A DNA stretch of 64,000 nt from Candidatus Nanosyncoccaceae bacterium (GCA_045536655.1 JAZSOA010000012.1:124385-188384), one strand, 5' to 3'; shown: positions 8,777 to 17,683, counted from the first letter of the stretch. The notes: generated by a model not told the origin, from the sequence alone. A program made the numbers and translations.

Positions 8777-9841
8777 ATGAAATGTATCGAATTTACAAAC
8801 GAAAAACAACGTATTAAAGATTTTCTAAAACTACCAAAGCTTCTTTACAAAAAAGAAGAGAACACCGAGAATCCCAAAGAAATCGAAAGTATCCTGCTTG
8901 GCAAGCATCAACTTTGTAAGTATTTTAAACTTTACAAATTCCTAGTCTATAAAGAAGATAAGCCGGTCGCACGCTTTGCAATCACGCTCTATCCAAAAGA
9001 CAAAACTGCCTACTTCGGTTTCTTTGAATGCGTCGACGATAAAAAAGTCGCCAAATACGTTTTTGACAATGCCGAACAATTCGCCAAAGAAAACGATTGT
9101 AATAAAATCGTCGGCCCAGTCGACGCCTCATTCTGGATAAAATACCGTCTCAAGATTAATCAATTCGACTCCAGACCATATACCGGCGAGCCGTATAACA
9201 AAGAATACTATTTCAATCTCTTCAAAGACAACGGCTACGAAGTTTGTGACCATTACACTTCAAATCATTATGTCGGCGCAGAGTACGAATATATTAACAA
9301 GGAATACGAAGGCAAATACAAAGAATTTACCAACAAGGGCTACGAAATTCGCAGCATCGACATGAAGGAATTCGATAACTCCATCAAAGACATGTATCGC
9401 CTTATCACGGATCTTTACAGCGATTTCCCAATCTACAAAAATCTATCCCAAAAAGATTTCATCGCAACCTTTAGCAGCTTTAAATCCATCATTAACCCAA
9501 GCATGGTAAAGTTTGGCTACAAAGACAACAAAATGGTCGGCTTCTTCATTAGTATTCCAAATTACCACAACACGGTTTATCATCTGAACCCAATTAATCT
9601 AGCCAAAATCCTTAAATCCCTCAAAGACCCAGATGAATACGTCATGCTTTATATGGGCGTAGATCAAAAACATCATGGGCTCGGCCGAGCGCTGGTTTAT
9701 AGCATTATCCAAGAACTCAACCAAAGCAAAAAGCCAAGCATCGGCGCACTCGCTCACGATGGCAAAGTCACCCAGTATTATGCTAAAGAAAAAGTCGATA
9801 ATGTCTACGAATATGTATTATTGGAAAAGGAGATCAAATAA
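8777..9841 (+). CDS. GNAT-fold acyltransferase-like protein
   Basis: C-terminal YMGVDQKHHGLGRALVYSII resembles GNAT motif A (Q/RxxGxG/A). The rest is unassigned. Confidence 0.45.
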   Translation: MKCIEFTNEKQRIKDFLKLPKLLYKKEENTENPKEIESILLGKHQLCKYFKLYKFLVYKEDKPVARFAITLYPKDKTAYFGFFECVDDKKVAKYVFDNAEQFAKENDCNKIVGPVDASFWIKYRLKINQFDSRPYTGEPYNKEYYFNLFKDNGYEVCDHYTSNHYVGAEYEYINKEYEGKYKEFTNKGYEIRSIDMKEFDNSIKDMYRLITDLYSDFPIYKNLSQKDFIATFSSFKSIINPSMVKFGYKDNKMVGFFISIPNYHNTVYHLNPINLAKILKSLKDPDEYVMLYMGVDQKHHGLGRALVYSIIQELNQSKKPSIGALAHDGKVTQYYAKEKVDNVYEYVLLEKEIK

Positions 9842-11277
9842 TGTTAGTTTATTCCGAAATCATCAAGAATGCCTATAACAAATGGCGTGACAAAGGTTTC
9901 GTTTTCGAAAAAAGGGATGGCAAATTTGAGCCGACCACTTTCGGTGAATTAATCGAAAAAGGTGACGTGCTTGCTCACAAATTAATCGACGAGGGCTTCG
10001 CTGGCAAGAATATCATGATCTTTTCGCGCAACTGCCCAGATTATTTCATTGCCGACCTCGCCATTACGGCCTACGTTGGCGCCTGCGCCAATATAAACTG
10101 CCAACTTCCACTCGAATCTGTCGAACTAATTATCAAGAAGGCTGAAATTTCTGCCGTATTCTACGAAGAAATCTTCGAGCCAATCTTTTCAGAGATTGCT
10201 AAGAAATATCCTGAGATTAAACTCTACCCACTTCATAAAACTATCGCCGAACTTGGCGCACCAGAGGGCGAATTGTTTGATTTTCCAGTCAAAGACCCAG
10301 AAGTCTGCTCCAAAATCATCTTCACGACTGGTACTACATCCGATCCAAAAGGCGTCATGCTCTCGCTCAAAAATGCCTTCGCTGGCTGGGATTCACTCCA
10401 GCGCCGCACGCCTTTCACAGAAGACGAAGTTGCTTACTGCTTCTTGCCGATGCATCATACCTATGGCAATATCTACAACTTCATGTATTCACTCATCGAC
10501 GGCACGCAGCTATATCTCTGTAGCGACACGAATAAAATCGCCGAGGAATTACTAGAAGTCAAACCTACCATCTTCTGTGCCGTGCCAATCATTTACCGTA
10601 GGCTCTACGAAGGCTACGGCGAAAAGCTCGCTTACGCCTTTGGTGGTAGGGCAAAGTATCTCTTCTGCGGTGGCGCACTATTAGATCACCAAATGCGCCG
10701 TTTCTACAAAAAGCATGGCCTCATGATTCTCGAAGCCTACGCTCTCTCTGAAACCGCTTCATCCTTCAGTATCGAATATCCAAACAACGACGATTTTGAA
10801 AGCACCGGCACCGTCTTTGAAGACCTCGATGTTAAAGTAATTAACCAAGACGAGCGTGGCGTTGGCGATATCGTCGCAAAGGGCGATGCAGTCTTCATTG
10901 GCTATCTCAATGACCCAGAAAAAACTAAGGAAGCCTTCACGGAAGACGGCTACTTCATTACTGGCGATTACGGTCGTCTCGAAGACAGCGGTAGAATCTT
11001 TGTGATGGGTCGCAAGAAAGACGTACTGATCGGCGAAAACGGCGAAAATGTCTACCTCAACGAAATCCAGGCCGAGCTCATGAAGAACTGCGAATCCATT
11101 GCCAAGCTACAAGGCAAAGTTGGCAAAGACGGCCAGCTCTACTATACGGTCTACATCAAAGACAATTCTGAAGACGAAGTAAGGGCTGCAATCGAAAAAT
11201 ATAACGCCAATGCCGTCAAAGCTAACCGCCTCGCTAATTACGAGCTACAGTCGGAAGCCAAGATTACTTACAAATAA
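9841..11277 (+). CDS. AMP-dependent synthetase/ligase (acyl-CoA or acyl-AMP forming)
   Basis: IIFTTGTTSDPKGVMLS adenylation motif, YFITGDYGRL, GRKKDVLI. TAATG overlap with the upstream gene. Confidence 0.85.
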   Translation: MLVYSEIIKNAYNKWRDKGFVFEKRDGKFEPTTFGELIEKGDVLAHKLIDEGFAGKNIMIFSRNCPDYFIADLAITAYVGACANINCQLPLESVELIIKKAEISAVFYEEIFEPIFSEIAKKYPEIKLYPLHKTIAELGAPEGELFDFPVKDPEVCSKIIFTTGTTSDPKGVMLSLKNAFAGWDSLQRRTPFTEDEVAYCFLPMHHTYGNIYNFMYSLIDGTQLYLCSDTNKIAEELLEVKPTIFCAVPIIYRRLYEGYGEKLAYAFGGRAKYLFCGGALLDHQMRRFYKKHGLMILEAYALSETASSFSIEYPNNDDFESTGTVFEDLDVKVINQDERGVGDIVAKGDAVFIGYLNDPEKTKEAFTEDGYFITGDYGRLEDSGRIFVMGRKKDVLIGENGENVYLNEIQAELMKNCESIAKLQGKVGKDGQLYYTVYIKDNSEDEVRAAIEKYNANAVKANRLANYELQSEAKITYK

Positions 11278-11283
11278 ACAATC

Positions 11284-11310
11284 GAGACCAGCTCGTAATC
11301 GGGCTGGTCT
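11284..11310 (+). terminator. Hairpin after the ligase gene
   Basis: agaccagc-N11-gctggtct with a weak T tract. Confidence 0.45.
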
Positions 11311-11316
11311 TAATAA

Positions 11317-11345
11317 TTGACGCCCATATATTTCTGTGGCATAAT
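11317..11345 (+). promoter_or_regulatory. Sigma-70-like promoter of the flotillin gene
   Basis: TTGACG-17 nt-CATAAT. Confidence 0.55.
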
Positions 11346-11431
11346 ATTTCAATCGAGGGTGGCGTACATTAGAATTTTTGTGAGTTTTTCTAGCGTCCAC
11401 CCCGAAATATCTTTTTAGGGAGGAAACTATC

Positions 11432-13171
11432 ATGCCCGAACTTTCGACCTTAATCCCCATCATCATCGGCGTCGTAGTCGCGATCGTCGTAATCGTGGCG
11501 CTTTTTGCCATGATCAAAACCGCCAATGGTAACGAGGCTCTCGTAGTCTCTGGCGTTGGCGCGACAGACAAGAACGGCAACCCCACAATCAAACGCGCAG
11601 GTGGCAGAGTCGTCATTCCTTTCATTCAGAAAGCAAAGTATTTCGACCTCTGCGTCCGCACCGCAAAAGTCACCGGAGATATCACTAAGACCATGACTGG
11701 CGTCCCGATTCGTATCGATTGGGCTGTCGCATATAACCCAGACATCTCCAGTCCAGAATCGCTTCAGCGTGCAGTCTGCAATTTCTTAGATAAGAACGAT
11801 GACGATCTACAAAGAGTTATTCTCGACGTCGTATCTGGTGGCGTACGCGCCGTCATTGCAAAGATGACACCCGAAGAAGTCATGAACGGAAAAGACAAAC
11901 TCGACGACCAGGTTAAGGCATCCATTGCTGCGCAGATGAAGGATCTCGGCTTCAATGCGATTCTCTCAATTCACGAAGTTGACGACGCTCCTGACGGCAC
12001 ATACTACCAGGACCTCGCCGCTAAGGATAGAGAAACCGTTCGCAGAGAAGCCGCAAATATCACAGCAGAAAACGATCAGTCCGTACGCGAAAAGCGTGCA
12101 CAGACCGACCTTGCCGCACAGCAGGCCGAACTTGATGCTCAGGTTGCTATTGCCGAACGCAAGCGTGATACCGACGTCAAGAAAGCTCAGTTCCAGGCCG
12201 AAACCGCAAGAGAGCAAGCCAAATCCGCAATGGCTGGCGAACTCGAACAACAGGCCATCAATCAGGAACTCGAGCAGAAGAAGGGTGCGGTTGCAGTAAT
12301 GCAGGCCGAACAGCAAAACCTCGCCGCACTCAAGCAGCAGGAAGTAGCCGTTACTCAGGCCGAAACCGCCAAGAAAACGACCATCATCGACGCACAGGCC
12401 GAGGCTGCCCGCAAAAAGGAAGCCGCAACCGGTGAAGCTGAAGCTCTCAAGGTTTCATCTGCCGGTCAGGCTGAGGCTAAAAAGCTGACCGCTGCCGGCG
12501 AAGCCGAAGCTCAAGCAATTCGCAAAACCAAGGAAGCTGCCGCTTCTGCTGAGGCTCGCAAGACCGAAGCCGAAGGAGCCGCATCTGCCCGCAAGACTGA
12601 GGCTGACGCCGAAGCCACCGCCATCAAGATGAAGGCAAGTGCTGACGCTGAGGCGATTAAGGCCACTGGTGAAGCTGAGGCTGCCGCTATCTCTGCGAAG
12701 GGTAAGGCAGAAGCTGAAGCCATCGAGGCTAAAGGTAAGGCCGAGGCCGAGGCCGCTCGCGCTCTCTCTGATGCTCAGGCGGCCAACGACAAGATCAACT
12801 TCGAACTCCAGAAGATCGAAATTGAGCAGAACACTCGTGTTCAGGTGGCCACCAACATCGCAACCGTTATGGCTGAAATTGGTAAGAACGCTAAGTTCTA
12901 CGATTTTGGCAGCGGTAGCAAGACCGAAGGAGGCGGAGACTTACTTACCAGCGTACTCGGTCGTATTCCGCAGATTTTCGCCCAGGCCGACGCACAAAAT
13001 CAGGCCCTCAACGGCGAAGAACTGCAGGACACCGTCAAGAAACTCGTCGCTTCTATCGCCGAGCCCATCAAAAAAGGAGCAACACCTCCCGCCGGTAGCC
13101 CAATCAGCGACACCGCGGACAGCGCTCCCGAAATTGACGGTCCTTATTCCATGGAAGACGGCGAAAGCTAA
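11432..13171 (+). CDS. Flotillin-like SPFH/Band-7 protein with a long Ala/Glu-rich coiled-coil
   Basis: N-terminal TM, SPFH-like core, and AEAEA/AQAEA repeats typical of the FloT/YqiK family. AGGGAGG SD. Confidence 0.8.
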   Translation: MPELSTLIPIIIGVVVAIVVIVALFAMIKTANGNEALVVSGVGATDKNGNPTIKRAGGRVVIPFIQKAKYFDLCVRTAKVTGDITKTMTGVPIRIDWAVAYNPDISSPESLQRAVCNFLDKNDDDLQRVILDVVSGGVRAVIAKMTPEEVMNGKDKLDDQVKASIAAQMKDLGFNAILSIHEVDDAPDGTYYQDLAAKDRETVRREAANITAENDQSVREKRAQTDLAAQQAELDAQVAIAERKRDTDVKKAQFQAETAREQAKSAMAGELEQQAINQELEQKKGAVAVMQAEQQNLAALKQQEVAVTQAETAKKTTIIDAQAEAARKKEAATGEAEALKVSSAGQAEAKKLTAAGEAEAQAIRKTKEAAASAEARKTEAEGAASARKTEADAEATAIKMKASADAEAIKATGEAEAAAISAKGKAEAEAIEAKGKAEAEAARALSDAQAANDKINFELQKIEIEQNTRVQVATNIATVMAEIGKNAKFYDFGSGSKTEGGGDLLTSVLGRIPQIFAQADAQNQALNGEELQDTVKKLVASIAEPIKKGATPPAGSPISDTADSAPEIDGPYSMEDGES

Positions 13172-13206
13172 CTCAAATAAATCATCCAAAAACTCACAAA
13201 CCCAAA

Positions 13207-13235
13207 CCCCCGGAGCAATCCGGGGGATATTTTTA
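13207..13235. terminator. Bidirectional terminator between the flotillin gene and glyA
   Basis: cccccgg-N6-ccggggg followed by atattttta. Confidence 0.65.
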
Positions 13236-13242
13236 TCTTAGA

Positions 13243-14583
13243 TTATTTTGCACTTGGCAATGGGTGAGCGAGTGCCATCTCACGTACCTCTTCGCGGAGT
13301 CTGCCTTCCGTCACGCCATCCTGACGCTTTTCGGCGCAAATCTTTGCGATTACTTCCATCCAGTCCGCAATCTTGACCATGTCTTTTTCGTCGAGACCAC
13401 GGCTCGTGATTGCTGGCGTACCCAAACGCACACCAGATGGCGTAAAGCGCGGCATCGTATCATTTGGAATCGCGTTCGCATTCAAGGTTAGACCAATCTT
13501 ATCGAGCGCGCGCTCGTAAGTCTTACCGTCGACCCCAAAGGAAGCCATCATGTCTACCAAAATCAGATGATTATCCGTGCCATCGCCAACTAGCTTGAAG
13601 CCACGTTCTTTCAAAGCATCAGCCAAAGTCTTAGCATTCTTTACGATATTCTTAGCATATTCCTTGAACTCAGGCTGTTCAGCTTCATAGAAAGCAACCG
13701 CCTTAGCTGCAATAACGTGCATCAAAGGACCGCCCTGGGTACCAGGGAAGACCGAACGATCAATCAAGGTTGGAATATTCTCGAGCGTATGTTCAGGCTT
13801 CTTGAGCGGATTTGTAACTTTACCCTTGGTCAAAATCAAGCCACCGCGTGGACCACGTAAAGTCTTGTGCGTTGTCGTCGTCATAACATTGAAGCCAAAA
13901 TCAAGCGGATTTGGATGTACGCCACCCGCAATCAAGCCAGCTACGTGCGCCATGTCGGCCATCAATAGACAATCTGGGATATCCTTTGCAATCTTAGCGA
14001 TGCGCGCAAAATCAGGCACCTTCATAAAAGCTGAATAACCGACCAAGATAATTTTTGGCTGGTATTTCTTAGCCTTTTTCTCAATATCTTTGTAGTCCAA
14101 ATCGCCAGTCTTTGGATCCGTACCATAAGAAACAAAGTTGTAGATCTGAGCACTCTGCGTAACTTTGGCGCCGTGTGTCAAATGACCACCTTGTGCCAAA
14201 TCCATACCCAAAACAGTATCGCCCGGTTGGAGCCATGCGTTATATACGGCATTATTGGCCTGAGCACCGCTGTGCGGCTGGACATTGGCATGATCCGCGT
14301 GGAAGAGACGGCGCGCACGCGCAATCGCCAAGCGCTCTACCTTGTCGGTGTTTTGCTGACCGCCATAGTAGCGATAATCTTCCGACGTCGCAACCAAGAC
14401 ATAATCATCATCCTTATCAAGACCAGCAAAGTTTGGATAACCCTCAGAATACTTATTCGTAAAGACAGAACCCATTGCATCAAGTACACCACGAGACACA
14501 CAGTTTTCACTCGGGATTAGTTCCAGGCCCTCACTCTGACGCTGTTCCTCTGCCGCAATTAAGTCAAAAATTTTCTTGTCCAT
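13243..14583 (-). CDS. glyA: Serine hydroxymethyltransferase
   Basis: [29 protein letters not shown]-lysine motif. Confidence 0.95.
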   Translation of the reverse strand: MDKKIFDLIAAEEQRQSEGLELIPSENCVSRGVLDAMGSVFTNKYSEGYPNFAGLDKDDDYVLVATSEDYRYYGGQQNTDKVERLAIARARRLFHADHANVQPHSGAQANNAVYNAWLQPGDTVLGMDLAQGGHLTHGAKVTQSAQIYNFVSYGTDPKTGDLDYKDIEKKAKKYQPKIILVGYSAFMKVPDFARIAKIAKDIPDCLLMADMAHVAGLIAGGVHPNPLDFGFNVMTTTTHKTLRGPRGGLILTKGKVTNPLKKPEHTLENIPTLIDRSVFPGTQGGPLMHVIAAKAVAFYEAEQPEFKEYAKNIVKNAKTLADALKERGFKLVGDGTDNHLILVDMMASFGVDGKTYERALDKIGLTLNANAIPNDTMPRFTPSGVRLGTPAITSRGLDEKDMVKIADWMEVIAKICAEKRQDGVTEGRLREEVREMALAHPLPSAK

Positions 14584-14708
14584 AAGAGACCTCCTTCTTT
14601 AGAAACTATTTTACCAGTGAAATAAAACAATCTAAACCATAACTATATTGTATATTAGCCCGCCTCAATTCAAAAGACTTGCGAAAAGCTTACGTTTGTG
14701 CTTATGTA

Positions 14709-14737
14709 TTGATTTTTTGAGTCATATATGATATAAT
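14709..14737 (+). promoter_or_regulatory. Promoter
   Basis: TTGATT-17 nt-TATAAT. Confidence 0.6.
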
Positions 14738-14780
14738 TTAAATGTACGTAATCAGTCAAACGCTTTAAGGGGGTGATTTC

Positions 14781-15329
14781 ATGATGATTACGGTCGCAAC
14801 TTACTACCTGTTCGTACTGGTTCTCATGATGATGCTCTTCGGCATCAATACCAGCACAACAAACTCCGCAGCAGTTTGCGGAGACGGCACGCTGACCGCC
14901 GCAAAGGTCGATGGTCTTATTGAAATCGCCAAAAAAGCGATTGACAACCTCCTCTTTGCATGGGGAGGCGGACCTGGACCTGGACCCGGCGGCCCTGGTG
15001 GTCCTGGCCCTGGACCTGGACCCGGCGGACCTGGCGGACCTGGACCCGGCTTCTACGGAGGCCCCGGACCTGGCTACGGCCCCTTCTATGGTGGCGGCTA
15101 CGGCGGCCCCTACGGTGGGGGTGGCTACTTCGGCCCCTACGGACCATGGGTTGGCGGCCCCGGCGCAGGCGGCTACGGTCAGTATAATCCGTACTACGGC
15201 CCGAACGGCTACGGCCCAACAGGCAACAGTGCGGCTGGCCACGGCTCCAAGCCGAAGGTACCGATCCGTCCCGAGAAATACGGCTTCTTCCAGAGAGTTA
15301 GGCAATTCCTGGACCACTGGTTCGGATAA
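14781..15329 (+). CDS. Membrane-anchored or secreted Gly/Pro/Tyr-rich low-complexity protein
   Basis: N-terminal hydrophobic segment, then GPGPGPGGPGGPGPG...GYGGPYGGGGYFGPYGPW. GGGGG SD, own promoter and terminator. The antisense and alternate-frame ORFs look like low-complexity shadows. Confidence 0.55.
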   Translation: MMITVATYYLFVLVLMMMLFGINTSTTNSAAVCGDGTLTAAKVDGLIEIAKKAIDNLLFAWGGGPGPGPGGPGGPGPGPGPGGPGGPGPGFYGGPGPGYGPFYGGGYGGPYGGGGYFGPYGPWVGGPGAGGYGQYNPYYGPNGYGPTGNSAAGHGSKPKVPIRPEKYGFFQRVRQFLDHWFG

Positions 15330-15344
15330 CCGACAAAACTGCAC

Positions 15345-15371
15345 AGCCCCGCAGCAATGCGGGGCTTTTTC
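15345..15371. terminator. Intrinsic terminator
   Basis: agccccgc-agcaat-gcggggct followed by ttttt. Confidence 0.7.
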
Positions 15372-15385
15372 TTGCTAAAAACTGC

Positions 15386-16414
15386 TTAGAGCGGTAGAAA
15401 TTCTTCCGCAAACTCCAAGGTCATACCTTTAGCAGTCGAGAGGCGACCTTCTTTTAGATGGACAAAATCTGCAAACATAATCGAGATGCCACCACAATAT
15501 TTCAAACAATCGGAATTATTTATCCAATCCTCAAGTACCTCATCCGAAATGTCTTCAACGCTCATCCTAGCCACATCAGTCACATTGACGCTCTGGAGAA
15601 TTTTGCCTTTTTCGGCAAGCAAAACCGCGTTTCCGGTGTAGGCATAGACCTCATTTGAACCACGCATTTGTTCAAGAAGCTTGCGCGCCTCCGCCTTAGT
15701 CTTTGGCTTTCCATACATTTTTCCGCCAAACACAATGTTCTGATCAGCAGCCACAATCAAACGACGACCCCGATTCTTCGTCTGAGCCAAAACAGTCTGC
15801 GCCTTGCGCATAGCAATTTCCGCCAGCTGGTCCTTGAAGGATTTTGAATCATCAGGCGTTTCGTCGGCATCGCTCACGAATACTTCGAACGGAATATCAG
15901 CATCGACCAGCTGCTGCTTACGAATAGCCGACTTAGAAGCCAAAATGACCCGTGGGAAATTCTTCGCAATCTTCGTAAACGGTTTCACGAGATCTTCTGG
16001 CTTATCATAGAAAATCACTTCGGTCGCAATATTTGCCATCGTGGTCGAAATATCACTACCTTTCTTTGCGATAATATAAATCGGCTTCTTCGCAGCATAA
16101 CAAAAACCACCGTTCATGCCGAGCCCAACGCCTTTTTCGCTAAACTCAATAATATTACAATCGCACTGCAACATGGCAGGGAAAGCATAATCCGTCATTA
16201 AGGTTTTGCCTTCTGGAATCTCTGCTTGGCCCCACTTTTCGACATCACGTACCATTACAGTAATCGTAATCCCGGCTTTATTTAAAGCCTTCTCAATGGC
16301 TTCGACCTTAGCTTTATCTTCATCGCCATCATGAAACTTAAGTGCGAAAAAAGAATGAATCGTCCCAGGCTTTCGCTCTTTCGGAATCACGGCCGGCTTT
16401 GCAACTTCTACCAC
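15386..16414 (-). CDS. Maf-like nucleotide pyrophosphatase fused to an N-terminal nucleoside 2-deoxyribosyltransferase-like (Rossmann-like) domain
   Basis: C-terminal half is ILASKSAIRKQQL..VSDADE..LIVAADQNIVFGGKMYGKPK..AYTG (Maf). N-terminal half carries an ..IIEFSEKGVGLGMNGGFCYAAKKPIYIIA pattern. AAGGAGG SD plus GTG start. Confidence 0.7.
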   Translation of the reverse strand: MVEVAKPAVIPKERKPGTIHSFFALKFHDGDEDKAKVEAIEKALNKAGITITVMVRDVEKWGQAEIPEGKTLMTDYAFPAMLQCDCNIIEFSEKGVGLGMNGGFCYAAKKPIYIIAKKGSDISTTMANIATEVIFYDKPEDLVKPFTKIAKNFPRVILASKSAIRKQQLVDADIPFEVFVSDADETPDDSKSFKDQLAEIAMRKAQTVLAQTKNRGRRLIVAADQNIVFGGKMYGKPKTKAEARKLLEQMRGSNEVYAYTGNAVLLAEKGKILQSVNVTDVARMSVEDISDEVLEDWINNSDCLKYCGGISIMFADFVHLKEGRLSTAKGMTLEFAEEFLPL

Positions 16415-16528
16415 ATCAACCTCCTTATGATCTATCTATACTATAGCGTATTTTCTTCTTGCACAGCGCGATTATTGATCGAGTAAGCACGAAAAAACGC
16501 CCAGATGGGCGATTTAATCACGAAATAA

Positions 16529-16604
16529 TGGTGGTTCCGGCTGGACTTGAACCAGCGACACGCGGCTCTTCAGGCCGCTGCTCTACCAACTGAGCTACAG
16601 AACC
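16529..16604 (-). tRNA. tRNA-Phe (GAA)
   Basis: The reverse complement folds as a cloverleaf: GGTTCTG acceptor, GCTC/GAGC D stem, CTGAAGA anticodon loop, GGTTCAAGTCC T arm, encoded CCA. Confidence 0.9.
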
Positions 16605-16665
16605 ATCAATACCTATATCTTATCATAAAAATCCTTGCATTTCTAGACCCAGTTTCAAATCATAG

Positions 16666-16693
16666 AAAATCCCCGTATTCGTACGGGGATTTT
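16666..16693. terminator. Bidirectional terminator
   Basis: atccccgta-ttcg-tacggggat flanked by A and T tracts. Confidence 0.6.
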
Positions 16694-16708
16694 CTCATAT
16701 TTATAATC

Positions 16709-17683
16709 CTAGCGACGCTTAGCCAGCACTCCAAAAGATGCTATCGCAAACAACACAACTACGCAGCCCATAAGACCAGTTGTTGCGGCTTTAATAGTAT
16801 CCAAAGTATCCGGGTTGTCTTCTACGGTAAAGTTAGCTTCCACTTCGCCATTTTCATAAACAATCGTTAAAGTATGGCCACCAGTCGAAAGAGAATCAAG
16901 ATAATTTGCCTTCAAAGCCACAATCACACTGCCAGCACTATCTTCATGACTATCATCGTCAACTTCCTCGCCATCAACCAAGATGCCAGTATAATCATCC
17001 TCGAACGAGCCAGTCGCATGGAAGGTTAAGCCACCCTCGCTACCTTTCGACCATGTTTGGCCATCGCCATCAATCAACGCATAACCATCACCATAATAAA
17101 CATTCAATCTAACGACATGAGTCGTAATAGTAACATCACTAGTGCCAGCATAAGCATGGTCAAGCTCGTCCGGATCTCCAACTAAAACCACATCACTGCC
17201 AGAGTTAACTACAGCACCGGAAGTAATTTCGTCGTAGACGAACATAACAACATTGGCGCTCCTAACTTCGTCAAAAACCAAGTTGTCTAGATATAAGGTA
17301 ACCGCCTCGCTACCTTCAGTCTCACTAGTAATCAAGAAGCAAAGATACGGATCATTGTCATCGTCACCCTCTTCACCAACAAACTCATCATCGACAACAT
17401 AACTACAATATTCAGTCTCATCTGATTGATCAGCCTCATCTGATTGATCAGTCTCATCTGGTTGACCAGCCTCGTCATTCGCATCATGAATCTTGCTAAT
17501 CAATGTCTTGGCATAGCTACCAGTAAATTGATACGCCTGATCGTTCGTGATATCCGCAACTACAACATCTTCCTGCGTCGCACGGTTTATCGTGCCAACA
17601 GCCGAAGCCAAATTAGTAGTAAGTAGGGGGGCAGCTACCAAAGAAAGAGAAGCTGCGCCTAGCAAAAATTTGCTCTTTTTCAC
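16709..17683 (-). CDS. Secreted acidic surface protein with a C-terminal sorting-signal-like tail
   Basis: Signal peptide (M)KKSKFLLGAASLSLVAAPLLTTNLASA from GTG 17683 (the track ORF starts at 17710). The C-terminus is NPDTLD + hydrophobic helix + KRR. Confidence 0.6.
   Translation of the reverse strand: MKKSKFLLGAASLSLVAAPLLTTNLASAVGTINRATQEDVVVADITNDQAYQFTGSYAKTLISKIHDANDEAGQPDETDQSDEADQSDETEYCSYVVDDEFVGEEGDDDNDPYLCFLITSETEGSEAVTLYLDNLVFDEVRSANVVMFVYDEITSGAVVNSGSDVVLVGDPDELDHAYAGTSDVTITTHVVRLNVYYGDGYALIDGDGQTWSKGSEGGLTFHATGSFEDDYTGILVDGEEVDDDSHEDSAGSVIVALKANYLDSLSTGGHTLTIVYENGEVEANFTVEDNPDTLDTIKAATTGLMGCVVVLFAIASFGVLAKRR
17415..17468. repeat. 3 x 18-bp tandem repeat inside the surface-protein gene
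   Basis: gtctcatctgattgatca / gcctcatctgattgatca / gtctcatctggttgacca, encoding the DETDQSDEADQSDE acidic repeats. Confidence 0.8.

Noticed and set aside
12300-12800. Internal Ala/Glu repeats of the flotillin gene as a DNA-level repeat or mobile element
   Set aside because: The periodicity is at the protein level (coiled-coil AEAEA/KTEA), is typical of flotillin C-termini, and has no flanking repeat boundaries.
14670-15344. 224-aa minus-strand ORF, plus the 155-, 100- and 75-aa ORFs overlapping the Gly-rich gene
   Set aside because: All frames are open because of the GC-rich GGN/CCN repeat. Only the plus-strand 14781 frame has a promoter, an SD, a signal-anchor and a terminator in the right orientation.
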